Below, in pieces: positions 23,586 through 37,079 of a DNA stretch of 64,000 nt (its first letter is position 1; the number at the start of each line of letters is the position of its first letter). The notes under the pieces are model-generated. The model was not told where the DNA came from, did not search any database, and saw only the letters and a list, made by a program, of their open reading frames with translations. This stretch comes from Camelus ferus. Its lineage: Eukaryota. Where the stretch lies: contig NC_045697.1 in assembly GCF_009834535.1 (NCBI RefSeq), positions 117,926,001-117,990,000 of the forward strand. The letters are read 5' to 3'. A program made the translations under genes and the position numbers.

Positions 23586-26267
23586 AAACCAGATGTACTT
23601 GGAGGTAGATCTAGGAACTATAAAGGTGAAGAATGAACAAATTCAACTTTTGTTACAACATATCCATGGAGAACTTCTCCCTGAAGATACACGTCCTCAC
23701 CCTGCCTCTCAACAGGCTTTTTAGTTTCAGAATGTGTTGTTTACTGATGATGTAATATTGGAAAGTTACTGTTTTCCAGGATGCTTGTATCTGAGCATCA
23801 CTTTATTATATCTTTTGGTAAAAAGAAGTATTTAGACATGCATCTGAAATTTCAGTGCCAACCAGTGGGAAAACAGGACTCAACTATAGAATCTTCTCAG
23901 AAAATCAGCATAATTCTCAATTTCCATGAGTTCCTATTCCAAGAGTCTACTACAAAAAATCTGTTTATCTATGTTAAGGCTTAGACAAAAGAGCTCTTAG
24001 ACTGAGGTCCATGAACGCACTTGAAATTCCCTGTGAACTTCAGGAGGTGGTACATGGACAGTTTGTAAACATGCATACACTTTTCCAACATTGTCAGAGG
24101 ACTTGACTCACAAAAGTTTAGGGATCCGTGACAGTCACAGAGGAAGCTGGAAAACAATGCAGTGATGGTGTTTAAATTTCTTAGTTTCTGCGGAACTGAA
24201 CCTGACTCTCAGTTAAAGTACGCCGTAGACCTGCTCTGTTGGAGGCGGCCATGCGGGAGAGGCAGGCTGTTTCACTCAGAGACCATCTCTTGGAACAGTA
24301 CTGCAGTTGTTAACTGGTATTTAGCACCAGTGAAAGCCCGTGGGAATCTGGCTCACAGCCGAACTACACTAAAAATGTAAAGTTCGAGGATGCTTCAGTG
24401 CAAGGTGAAGTTGCCTTCCAGGACTACAGGAAGATTCTCATGGATTAAGTTGCCAGATGCATGTCAGTGATAATTACTAGGAAAGAAAACAGAACCTTCT
24501 TTGGTGAAATTATTGGGGAGATGACAGGGCGTACAACAAAAGCTTAAGCACATTAACCTCTGGTCCATTCCGAGATCACCTCCAACATCGCGACCACCTA
24601 ATTTTCACATTACCCCTCCCAGCCTCCAAAACCTTAAGAAAGCAGCCCTCACCATGTGCTCAGAAGAAAACCATATGGCTCAGGCAACATAGTCCAGATT
24701 TAGAATAGTATAAAATAGGGAAAGGATTCTTGCCTGAGCGTGACCCCAGAGGGTTCTAACTTCCTAGTAAGTTGTGTCCCTGATAAGGGATGTTTTACAA
24801 GTTAGAGTTTGGTTTTGTATTTGTTTCAGAAAATGCACACACATCCTTCAAAACCAGTCCAACATAAAATGTACATGGGATATTTAAGTTTTCAACATTT
24901 GAAGCATATGTGTCAACTCCAAGAAGGGTCTCCCTTGATAAAACCTACCTCCGAATGCAAATTTCAGAAGCCTTGATTACATTTTATGAAGGAAATATTT
25001 TTCCTCACCTTAACTTTTGCCATAATTATTTTCCATTACCTCTTATAAATTTGGTCTCATAATGTTAACAACTTCCCCCTCTTTTTTTGCTCTTCATATT
25101 GTATGATGAACATTTTCCCCATGATATTAAAATTTCATCATTGAATTCAACGGTTTCATCATATTCCAAAGCATGGATATACCATCACTTAGTTAGATCT
25201 TCTCCTTCAGTTAAAATTGCATTTATAACTTTTTGTTATTAGGTGAGCACCTTTGAATCTACTGATGAATTGATTTCTATGGTAAATGTGATGGTGGTTG
25301 GATTATAAACCCACTGTGAACAAATTATAGCAAAACACACGAGCGTGGTTTCTTGGTAGTGACAATGGTGCAAATAAGGCAGGTAGTGTTTTTGGAGAGG
25401 ACGTTATCTCTTGTTTTACTGATTTTTCTTCAGCCCAATCTCTGTTATTCATGGATAGAGACACCTTTTCCTACAGCTTAAATTGTGCCCACTATCAGGG
25501 CAATATCAAGGAAGCAATAAAATGAAGTTGCTTGATCTCTTTGGGGCATCTTTATTACACAAAGATTCCATCTACATTGGAAGTTAATTTTTTTTAAATA
25601 AATGTTTAATAATCCATATGTCTCTCGTATGCAGATTGTTAACCCCAATACAAAATTGTCTCTTTTGTTTCTTAGAAAATGCTTTAATTTAAGTAGGGGA
25701 CCAATTGCCAGGCTGGTTTTGCTCTCTGTTTAGCTTGACGAGTTTTATTATTAATTTAATGAAATCAAGTCAATTAAATTATCTGGTGACTTGGATCACC
25801 TTTATCATGGAGTTGTTGTTAGATTCCTGCCATTAATACGGGAGCAAAACGACTTGCATTTTCCCTAAAGTTTATTGGAGATGCTGTCTTCCCCTTCTAA
25901 GTCGTGGAAGGAATTAACTGTGTATTTGTGTAGCTCTTGGAGCAGCAGCTAAACCTAATCTGGCCCCTAATACCAAAGACACACGGCTTAAACTTAAAAG
26001 GTCTATCGTAGCTTGACAGTGAAGAATTGTCAACCTCAAAGAGAATGAGGAGAAAAAGAGTTTCAACCACCACGAGAAACAGGCCCTGGCTATAAAAACG
26101 TCCCCTCCAAAATCCTTGCACCTTTGCACTCACAAGTTGTTGTGGTTTTAATGCCAAAGATAAAAAATAAAAAAACTACCTCAGTGTTTTGCACAAGCAG
26201 CCCTGAGGAAGAAAAGAAACTTTATGACCATGTGTGGTTATTAATGTTCCATTCATAAAACAGACCA

Positions 26268-26268
<1 letters not shown>

Positions 26269-26308
<40 letters not shown>
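26269..26308. repeat. (AC)20 microsatellite
   Basis: Direct reading. Confidence 0.95.
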
Positions 26309-26315
<7 letters not shown>

Positions 26316-26519
26316 GAGGCACCCAGCCTGAACATATGTGTAATCATTTTGGAACTGCGTCTGACATTTAATGGATACTGAATGAATATGTGTCCTTGAC
26401 TGGTTGACTAAATGGAATAAATACATTAAAAATGTGAACATAACTGAGAATATCCTGAGAGTTTACCCGGGGTAAATAAATGTAATGCTCTGAAACATGC
26501 ATGTTTTAAAAAAAAAAGC

Positions 26520-26705
26520 AGGGGTGGTGGGGGAGAGGCAAGAGGAAAGTTCTGGAGCTGATGGGTGTGTTTATCACCTTAATTGTGGCCATGGTTTCAA
26601 GGGTGCACGCACAGGTTCCACCCCAGCAAAGTGTAGACATTAAATATATGCTAGTTTTTCGTATATCAGTGACACCTCAGAAAAGCTGTTAACAAAATAA
26701 AAAAC
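26520..26705 (+). mobile_element. Old LINE-1 3' UTR end
   Basis: tgtttatcaccttaattgtggccatggtttcaagggtg...gtagacattaaatatatgc...cctcagaaaagctgtt followed by an A-rich tail. Confidence 0.65.
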
Positions 26706-27614
26706 TGAGAAACCCAGAGTAAATATGTTTAATTCTCTAAAGCATCCACATTTAACGTTTCCTTGACAAAACCTTCCAGAATCTGTGTTTCATCTTAAGG
26801 AACTCAAGTGTGCCTTGGGTCACACACACAGATTAGACCAGGTGTGTAGAGTGCACTGTGCACCCAAGTTTGTCTCTTTGGCATCTTTTGTGTTGTTTTC
26901 TCCCACTGTATCTCATTCTTTCCTGTGTTATGTTTACATCTTATCTGAAATCCTGCAAGCACAGTCTAAGACCTAAAAGAGAAGTGTTTCAAGTTTTGGA
27001 CTCCTTTGATTTTTTTTTTTTTTATTATTCCTGTTTCCTCAGTGCAATACCATGGCGAGGGACACTTTCTAATTAGGAGAAACGGATACATTTTTTTCCA
27101 TTAGAGCAGTTCACTATTAGACATGACCAGAGGGAGTGAAATTGAAAATATTGTATTTCTAGGAGAATTTCCTTTCCTCCTTTATACCTCAGTGAGTCAC
27201 GGGATTGCTTCATTTCCCTTAAGAAAAGTTTGGAAGCAAGTAAGAGCCTCTGTGAAAGAGGTTTCAGCTCTGAAATCTGCGTTTCCCACAGGAAGCTATG
27301 TTCTGAATGCACTTTCACGGGGGATTGGTCCCCCCGTCTTGCCGATGGAAAATATCCCTTCCTAATTTATGATCTTAAGATACCTGACAGTGTAGCTGGA
27401 TCTGTGATTATAGCTTTTAAATATGTTCCGTTCTGGGCAGCTGTTAAGTAGCTTCGTTCAAAATACCAGTTACTCTAAATGTTGTCTAATTAAAGCATCA
27501 AGTTGTGATTAAATTCAGGATTACATCTTCTCAGTAACCCTACCCAAGAGGGCTTGGGCGCTACCAGCGACACCTTCACCACTTAGACAATCTCTTCTCC
27601 GAACGACCAGGAGT

Positions 27615-27885
27615 CCCTGTGTTTTGGAATGCAGACTATTTCAGATTTTTGGAAGGCAAAATAGTGGGACATACTCTGGATATTATTATCTGGGGCAACA
27701 CCCCAGACTCCAGCACTTTAAAATTTAGCAGAACGGATGAAGATGTACGTAATAAATAAATAAATTCTACAAATAGCCTGATGTCTGCTCAGCTTATGTG
27801 TTTCTCCCTATTAAGCTAAGTTCAAGTCAGATTTTGTGGCCAAATGAATTTTAAAAGTCCTCTGGGTTTCAGAATTTTTTCTTAT
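27615..27885. mobile_element. Old non-autonomous DNA transposon relic (family unassigned)
   Basis: ttttggaatgcagactatttcagatttt...tctggggcaacacccc...gtcagattttgtggccaaatga resembles a mammal-wide MER element from memory. Confidence 0.4.
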
Positions 27886-30069
27886 TATAGCTTCTCTGCA
27901 TACCTTTCTCTTGTTTTAAAAATCTTCTTCTCCCCCAACATTACCGGTATCTCCATTTCAGTAGATACAGTGACTCTTTTCTAATGTGAATACTTTATAA
28001 TATTCTCTTTACATTCCTGAAATAAGGCAGAGATAATAAATCTAACTACAGGAATAATATTTTTTTAAAAAAATCAATGCAATGGTCAAACATATAAAGC
28101 AGAAATACAAGGAAATAAATGCATAATAAATTAATATATGTAACATGTAAATGTTCAGATTCTAAGCCTCTATGAAATATAATGGAGTCTAATATTTGCT
28201 CCTATGGTTAGAATCACTGTGCTAGTGCCAGTTGCAAATGCAGACAGAAAAGGATGTTTTATGGTTATGGGCATATTGAGAGCGATGTTCCCAAATGGTT
28301 TCCAAAATGCTAAACAATTCTTGATAAAACTCCTACAAAAACATATATACATTCATCCAGACGTAGTTTATTGGCAGGTGGACCAACAACTCCAAGGGTC
28401 AGAAGGCAGCAGAGTTGGACCGAGAAGGGGACTCCAGCTCTGATGTTCAGGGAGCAAAAGCCTCAAACAAACTTCCTGGGAGCCCTGGCCCTGAGGTGCC
28501 CTTCCCAGTTGTCCTGAGTGATGCCCAGGGGCTGAGCCTTTCCTGCCCTGTATCAGGAGTCTCAGTCCTGAGGGCTGCATCTGGGTTCCCCTGCACAGCG
28601 CCCACCAACGCAGATGCAGACAGATACCCCTCCAGTCGTCCGCCCAGACGGGGATGGACCCACACCTGCTGCTCACACGGCTCTCAGTTGCAGTCTGCAG
28701 GGAGGGAATGCAGACTGGATGGGTCTCTGGGACAATCCGTCTAAGTGAGGTCCCCTTGGATGGGGAGGGAAAGAAATGCTGGCCAATAAAATTCGTGTGC
28801 AGTCTGATGGACATTCAGAAAATAGTTTAGGAAATGCAAACTATCTTAGCAATTTGCTTGAGGAATCATGACATGTATCCACAGAGTGAGCCGTAACCGC
28901 AGCTCTGAGAACATAGGGGATGGAAGTAGGCGCTGGGCGCCATGTGCAAAGTTGGTTTCTACACCAGTCACATCGTAACAGCACACTGGTGTTAAATCCA
29001 CAGCCATCAAAACATGCTTTACCCATCCCAGATAAAAACGATCTCTAATTTAAAATAGTCCCTTTGGGGCTTGCCCTTTAAAACACACTAGGGCATGTGT
29101 TTGCCTCTATGAAAATGTACAGCAAAATGTCTGTTTAAAATACGTTCTAATTCCCTGCGCCATCACTTTGAGCAGTAAGTGCACATTCCTTCCAGCACAA
29201 AAGCCATGAACAAGACTCGTTGCATAAATATTTTGCTCTGTGGCCCCCGCAGTAACAAATCACAGCTATAAAAACAACACTCAGTCACGGTGCCAGAGTT
29301 TGGATTCTGTCTTAAACGTGGTAGCTGAGGCTTCAAGGATGTAAACACGGAAGGATTCCCTGAGTGGTGTCTGGGAAGGTACACCTAAGTCCTTGCCTTC
29401 TTCAGTCTCCTTACTCAGGAGGGAAAAACGAGAAGCGAGGATATGACCCACGTTCCACGTGCACACCCAAGGGGGCCCCCGTGCACTGGGAGTGGCCCGG
29501 CCTCCCTCCGTTCTGAGTGCTCCCTGGGGCTGTGTGTCCATCCGGGGTCTTACCTGCAAACCACAGAATCCTTGTTGACCCCCGTAAGCAGAAAAGAACG
29601 GAAGGAATTGACCTCTTTTCCCCTCTTCTAGCCGGTGTTACCAGTTCTAAAAAATGTGTATTTGAATTATTAACTATGGTACTTATTTTAATTATATTTG
29701 TGATATTAGAGCAACTGTTGAATGCAAAATCTAAGGGGTAAAATATTCAAAGTATTCCCTTCCGCAAACAGGATGCTTTATTTATTTGTTTATCTAAGTC
29801 ACGTTTTTTTCTAGATGAATAGTAACTTGATCATTGTTACTGTAAACATATTATGTAACAATTTTTTTATGTTTTAGTGGGTTAATTGCAAATGAAATAT
29901 TTTTTAACATATTGTATTTTTGTTACATTTTCTGTTTTCTATCAACATTGTTTTGATGTTTCTTTTGTTTTATAAAATTAGACATAAAAATGAAAAAAGA
30001 AAAATTAAAGATTGCAATTCTGTCTAATTAATCATGAATCATTATCAATTTGCCCTTTCTTTTATTTTT

Positions 30070-30210
30070 ATCTCTCCCTCCTCTCAGCCTCCTTCCCTCC
30101 CTTCCTTCCTCCCTCTCTTCCATCTTCCTTCCCTGCTTCGGTTAGTCCTTCAACAAAGAGTTATTGGTCACCTGCTCTGTACCGGCCAGTGATGCCTATG
30201 CTGGGAAACA
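30070..30210 (-). repeat. Pyrimidine-rich tract followed by an L2 3'-end remnant
   Basis: (CCTT/CCCT)-like run, then ttcaacaaagagttattggtcacctgctctgtaccggcc. Confidence 0.5.
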
Positions 30211-31051
30211 CGCAAATCATTCTTTGCTACAGGTCTAAATGGCCTCTCATTCTATTGGCAGAGATGTTCGTCTGTAATGCAATATTCCACCATGTAGTGA
30301 ACATCTATTATTTACTCCCCAGAAGAATCTCCCTTTCTTTATGGTAAGAGTATGTTGACTTTATTTTGGGAACATTCCTTCGTCATCTAAATTTTAAGGT
30401 TTGGTTGGGAGTGATGTCAACCACACAACCAAGGATGGACCCTGCTTATTCTGTTTCCCCAGCAACCGTAATTGGCACAGAACCAAGCTCAGGGTGAAGT
30501 TAACCGAGGGAGGAAACGGGGCTTGGTGGTGGACGTGGTGACGCTGCTTACAGACTGAGTCCAGACGAGGTTTGCCGGGAGCCACAGCTGTGAGTGACTT
30601 ATTTCCCTCTTTCCCTCTGTCACAATGACTAGCAGCCCCAGAGATCACTGTGGTTCCATCACGTGCTCCCTCAGCAAGATGCTTGGGAAGGATGGCGCCA
30701 GCCAACGCACTGCGTCTTGCACCATGAACCAGAGAGGAGGATTTGTAGCTTTGGGCCAGTGAAATAACCAGCAACATAACCTAGCCTGTCCCGACTGATA
30801 CAAGGTATTGAGTAGAGACTGACGAGACTGCAGAGGAACCAAAAGGGCATTTGCAAAGGCACATTCTAATTGACGGAGTTCTTACAGAGTACAAAATTAT
30901 TGTTTTCTAGGTACATTGGCCAGTGTCATTAACATCCATACTGTATCTATGAACTTTTACACATATGTTGCCAGAGGAGTTAACTACTTGCCACAAAATT
31001 TTTTTGACCTTAAGATCTTTATTTATTTTTTTTTTCTAGCCAGTTAGTTCT

Positions 31052-31133
31052 TTTTTCTTTTTTTTTTTTTTAATGGAGATACTGGGGATTGAACACGTGC
31101 TCTACCACTGAGCTATCACTCCCACCCACCCAG
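31052..31133 (-). mobile_element. Internally deleted tRNA-derived SINE (Vic-1-like)
   Basis: tggagatactggggattgaac joined directly to acgtgctctaccactgagcta. TSD agccagttagttct (31038-31051) / agccacttagctct (31134-31147). Confidence 0.8.
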
Positions 31134-31189
31134 AGCCACTTAGCTCTGATTTAGCGTCTCTTGTCTGACTTTGCACTTAGAATTAAAAA

Positions 31190-33870
31190 AAAAAAAACAA
31201 AACTTTTTATTTTAAAATAATTGTACATGTACAGCAATTAACAAAAATAGTGGAGAGAGGTCCCATATACACTTTTCCCAGTTTCTCCCAATGGTTACAT
31301 CTTACATAACTAGAGTTTGATATGAAACCAGAAAACTAGCATTGTCACAATGATGAGTACAGAGTCTGACGTCACTTTATTATGTGTGGAGACCCACGTG
31401 ATGTGCTGCAGTCAAGGTACAGAACTATTTCGTCACCTCAAGATCTCTCTGGTGCTGCCTTTTAGGCTCATGGGACTACTTCCTCTCCATTATATCCCTG
31501 CTCCTGGCAACAGCTAACCTGCTCCCCATCAGTATAATCTTGATGTTTGGAGATAAATAGTGTTTTTGAGCACATTTCTTTGTATAGGTTTTTTTTAGTG
31601 GTTGCTCTAAGTTTCTTTTTTGTTTTGTTTGTTTTGTTTTGTTTTTGTTTGTTTTGTTCTAGGTTACTCAAGGTTATAGCTAACTTATCATGGTCTATCG
31701 TTATCAACATTTTGTCAGTTCAAGTGAAGTGTAGACACCTACTTAGACACCTACTTGTCTTTATAATATGTTTACTTCCGCCATTTATAATTGTTTTAAG
31801 TATTCCTTCTACATACATTGAGACCATAGTAGACAGTGTTAAACTTTTGCTTCAACCATCAAATATAAATTAGAAAACTCAAGAGAATATCATACTTTGG
31901 GGGCAGGGTGTAGCTCAGTGGTGGAGCATGTGCTTAGCATGCACGAGGTCTCACGTTCAATCCCCAGCACCTCCATTAAAAACAAACAAACCAACCAACC
32001 TAATCCCCACCCCCAAAAGAAAAAGAGAATGTCATACTTTCATTCTTTCTGTTGTTCTTTCTTTCTTCCTGGTTTTCCAAGATTTCTATTTTTATCATTT
32101 TATAGCTAGCGAGGGCATGTCCTTAAGGCATTCTTTTAGGGTAGGTCCGCTGTTGACAGTTTTAGTTTTAGTGCTTAGTTTTCTTTTCGTAGGAAAATGT
32201 CCTGGTTTTCCCCTCATTTCTGAAGGGCATTTTTCCCTTAGATATGGAATTCTTATAGGCAGTTCGTTTCTTTCAGTGCTTGAAAAATGCACTACTTCCT
32301 CCTGCTTCATACTTCCATATGAGAAATCTGTTATCATTCAAATTGGTTTTGCTCTGTAGGTCAGTCTGTCCTTGCTCTCTGACTACTTTTAAGACTTGTT
32401 CTTTGTCTTTAGTTTTCAGAAGTTTGACTATATGTCTTGGTATGGGTTTCTTTGGGTTTATCTTGTTCAGTGTTTTTTTTTTTTTTGGCTTCTTGACTCT
32501 GTAGGCTTATGTCTTTGGAGAAATTTAGAAAGTTTTTAGCCATTTTTTATGTGAATCCTTTTTCAACTCTATCCTCTTTATCCTTTGCTTCAGGGACTCA
32601 GATGACAGAGAAGTTAGAATTTTTGTTATAGTCTGCCGTGCCCCGGTTCTTTTCTTGTTGCTCAGATTGGGTGATTTCTGTTGTTCTCTTGAGGGTTTTT
32701 ATTTCAGTTTTTGTAGTTTTCAATGCTAACATTTCAGTTCAATTCTTCCTTATATTTTCTATTTCTTTGTTAAAACTTTCTGTTTTTTAAATTTGTTTCA
32801 AGTGTGTTCATGACTGGTTATGTATCTACTTTTATGTTGGCTGTTTGAATTTCCTGTCAGACAATTCTGACATCTGAGTGTTATTGTCTGTTGATTACCT
32901 CATACAAGTTGAGGATTTCCGGGTTCTTGGTAAGATGAGTGATTTTTTGATTGAAATCTGAAATCTGGATATTTTTGGTATAATGTTAAGAGCGTTAAAA
33001 TCATGTACTTTAGCAGACCTCTCCTGACACCTCATGAGCATGGGAAGAAAGCACCGCTTCATGACTGTCAGGTGGGAGTGGAAGTCTAGGTCCTCCATCT
33101 GCCTCCACTGACACCTGGGGAGGCTGGGGCTCCTTCTGCTCCTGGGAGGGGGTGAGAATTAACCTTTTCCATTGGATTTCCATTTGTAACACCCTAGCTG
33201 AGAGGAAGAGGGAGCTCCATTACTGCTATTCACATGGTCTGTCCCCCACCCCCATGTCGTGGAGGGTGGCTCCATCACTGCTGAGTTGTGGGGAGTCCTG
33301 AGTCCACTGGGCCTCCTGTACCTCCCTAGTGAGGATGAGGAGAGCCTCGTTACTGCTGGTGGGTGAAGTCCAGTCTCCCTCTTCAGCTTTCTCTGATACC
33401 ACACAAGGGAGGAAGGGTGTCTTGTGAGTGTCTGGTGAGGGCGGGAGTCCACACTTTCAACCTGGACTGCAATGACAGGGATGGGGATGAACCACAGCTT
33501 TCTCTCTGGCTTTGGCTGAAGCAGAGTGGGTATGCTCTCTGTCTTTCTAGGATGTCCCTTTCCAGCTCCTTTAGTGAGAGAGCAGCCTTTTCTTGGGCTT
33601 TTTTCATCTGACCCTATTGGCATTTCCATGCTGTTTGCTTCTCCAGGACTGCATAAACCATGTCTGAGGGATTCCAGGCAAAAAGAGAATCTAGGGTACC
33701 CACCTCTGTGTCCTTCCTTCTTCACATCACGAGGTCCCTATCTGCTTTGCCTTCTCTCCACCTTTCAGAGTATTCTGTTTATTTTGTATATACTATCCCA
33801 GGTTATTACCTGCACTTACTGAGAGGAATAGAGAAATTATATGTACTCCATCCTTCCCAAAGCAGAAGTC
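31190..33870 (-). mobile_element. Ancient LINE-1 (L1MC/L1MD-like): 3' UTR piece next to ORF1/5' UTR region
   Basis: 3'-end motif ttttccccagtttctcccaatggttacatcttacataac at ~31270, a long T-rich antisense-ORF1-like stretch, and 5'-end motif tactccatccttcccaaagcagaagtc at ~33845. Confidence 0.65.
31899..32022 (+). mobile_element. tRNA-Ala-derived SINE (Vic-1-like) nested in the old L1
   Basis: gggggcagggtgtagctcagtggtggagcatgtgcttagcatgcacgaggtctcacgttcaatccccagcacctcca plus tail. 18-bp TSD aagagaat(a/g)tcatacttt at 31881-31898 and 32023-32040. Confidence 0.92.
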
Positions 33871-36039
33871 CAGAAAAAAAAAATTTCAATTAAAATGATG
33901 ATCTTAATGATTAATCATGATTACATAAATATTGCTTTGTATTTTATGCCAATTACTATTAAAGTTTGAATAGTTATCTAATACAATTGTTATAAATTTG
34001 CAGAATCAATATAGATCATTCAGTCAAAGATATCAGAGATACTGCTGTATAATACTTAATATTAATGTATTTGACTGGAAATAATTGATGGCCTCATTGG
34101 ACACACCCCTATTTCTGGTAACATTTGACTCTCCGTTTTCTAATACTCTCCTAAGAGTGGTTTGTAAGGAGTCTAGCTTCATTCTATCTCACAGTGAGCT
34201 GACAATCTAGAAAATAACTCCTAAGTTTTCATCTAGAGTCCGGTCCAGAATTCTACTCTTTGGTGCAATATAACTTATTTGACAAGTAATGCTTCCGGGT
34301 CTGCTGCAACTCTTTAGATGCGTGGACCTCTTTTCTTCTTTCCTCGCCTTCGGTTACTATCTGTTGTGCTCATTTTCATAGCCTAAATTTTTCTAAATTC
34401 GCCTTACAAATGAAGCATTCAAAGTGCAGTCTCTCAAAAGCTAAGCTCTGACCATGCCAAGAGTAAGCTGGCACTGTTCCGATGAGCGTGATGTTAGCAC
34501 TTGGACAACTCAAGTCATGAAATGGAGAATTATTTAAGGAACAAATGGAAACATTTGTCATAGTATTAACCTATCTTTGGAGAAATTGGCTTCAGGCTAC
34601 ATTTGTAGACTGTTGTTTCTAGCATTCATATAAGACTTCCTGGAACAAATTTATACACTTGCATTTTTAAAAATTTTTACTACCAGAGTGGGGTTGTCTT
34701 TGAGGGAATTCAGACTTTTAATTTTCTAGCAATCTGAATCTATTTCCTTGTATTAATGTTACAGTAAGCGGTGTGCCAGAGACTAAGCTCGCTGAAGGTC
34801 TCTTGATAAAGTGCACACGTCGGAAAAGAAAGAAACACACTCTATTTGGTGGGGGTGAGGAAGATGGGAACAAATCCAGCCATCTGTATCCTGAAAAGTA
34901 TTTCAATAAGAAATTATTTCACTTGTTACAGGATTCCCTTAATCTATGGTTGCCAGTTCTTTAGTGAGTTAGTGTAGGATCCTAACTAAATATTACCTCC
35001 CACTAATGCACCAAATATAGAGTGGTGGCCAGTGACGGGCAAAGCATTGCATTGCTAATTGTAGGGGAAGGGCAAGGGCATAAGGGTGTGGAGGAAATGG
35101 CCCACCATCCCTCACTGCTCTCAAGGAAATGCTATATCTGGCTTAAGAGGCAAGATATACACGCATGACAATGATGATCAACGGAACTTTAAAAATGTCA
35201 AATAAACTGTAAAGACAAATGTGGGAAGCCTGCTGGACGAGACAGGAAGACTCCTCGGAGGACACTGGTGTGCATGGGAGGTGAGGTGGCCGAGGGGTGG
35301 AGAGGAAGCGACACAGGACGGAGCAGGTCTGGGTCTGAACACGAGACCTGGGAGCTGGGTGGAGGAAACTGCGATGTCGGGGGAGGGGCACGTAAGAAGA
35401 GGAGTTTGGCACAGGGATAGGAGGAAGAGAAAAGTGACTCGGAGCAGATTCCACACGTTGACAGCTTGGAGGTTTGGTGGAGGAGTTTCTCCATTGTCCG
35501 GAGACCTCAAGAACTCTTGGCGAGTTCAGATACAAGGCAGATACATGATCCAGGTGTTATTTAGGAGGTCACACTCTGCAGAGGTGCGATTCCATACGTT
35601 GAAAAAGTCAGACAAGGGCAGATGCGCCGGTTGAAGGTTAAGATGGAAGAATCAGTTCCAAACCCATCAAGTCCAGTGATCACAGCAGAGATAGAGGGAA
35701 AGGATGATTGTGAAATAAATGGCAGAAATCTAGGTTCCTGATCATACGTAGTGGAGTGACTAGGAGTCAGGAGTCATCAGCAAGGACTCTGAGCCTCACT
35801 TGTTGGTACTGTTGGAAATCAATCTGTCGATTGTTTAAATTGATGAAAAAAAAGGAGATTACATTCATGGAATACTTATTCTAGAAGTCATCAAAGGAAA
35901 GAAGTAAGGCGATGATAAGAGACTGTGGAGGTCAGTGAGTGTGCCTGTTGGTGTATGGAGGGGGTCAAACAGAGCAGAGAGGAGGGAGCTGTTGGAGAGG
36001 ATTCGTTGAAGATACTGAATAGACACTGTGGAGTGAGGG

Positions 36040-36192
36040 TAAGTCCTGATTTATCCCTCTCCTCCCCACCCCTTTGATAACCATAAGTTCGTTTTCTATG
36101 TCCATGAATCTGTTTCTGGTTTGTGACTAAGTTCATTTGTATCACAATGTAGATTCCACATATAAGTGGCATCATATAGTCGTCTTTGTCTG
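36040..36192 (-). mobile_element. LINE-1 3' UTR fragment
   Basis: taaccataagttcgttttctatgtccatgaatctgtttctg...tagattccacatataagtg. Confidence 0.8.
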
Positions 36193-37079
36193 TAGGGGAA
36201 GATGTGAACGTGTTACCTCTCCAATGGCCATCTCTGCTCTCCACCCATCCATTTGACCTCCACCAAGACACTGACCTTGCATCTCTTGGATTCCTCCTCC
36301 TCACTCCACAAAAATTTTAAGTGAAAAGCAAGCAAACATGATTCTAAAAGAAAATATTGATCAAAGACACTTCAAATATTTTTCTTCTACCCATATTTAA
36401 ACCAGTAATTTGGAATTAATATACAGCAACTCTGTAATAGAAGCTGTTTAGCTTGTTGCTACCCAGTTAATTTCAGGCATTTCAGGGGTGAAACTTCAAA
36501 GTTCTGTGGTCTCTGTCATAAATCCACCGTAGTGCTGCTGCTATGCCGTTGAAATTTGGGAAAACACTAGGGAATACAGCCCACCTGGAATAATTGAATA
36601 GCAGTTCCCATGGTAAGAAAGAAAAATGACCTAAATGCCCTCATTAATTTCAACTTTCCACGATGCCCTAATTGCGTTGCCCAAGAAAAATGCCACGTTT
36701 TATTTCATCCACAGTCTGTGAGGCTGGATATCATTACCGTTCTTTGCATATGTGTATCCATTCCAGGACTATCTCAGCTCTTACAGTAACATCTCGTTCC
36801 TTACCTTAGTGCGGATTCTGCCAGGCTTTGCTAACTTCCGGTACATCTGAGAACTTTAAAAAAAATTCCGCTAGAAGGAGATGATTCTCTGTAAAATTCT
36901 GTAGCAGTTTCAGTGATGGAAACACACCTGCCTTGCAGAGAATTAAGAATGGAGGGCAATGTGGTTGTGTGTTCTCAGATGTTGAGCGATATATTTTTTC
37001 TCCAAAGGATATGATTCTAAATTAACAGTGGGACCCTGCTTTCTTGGATACTTTTTTTTTTTTAAAACAAATAAACCTG

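Noticed and set aside
31899..31976. Apparent tRNA-Ala gene
   Set aside because: Has an A-rich tail, an 18-bp TSD and mismatched stems, with five diverged relatives in the window: a SINE.
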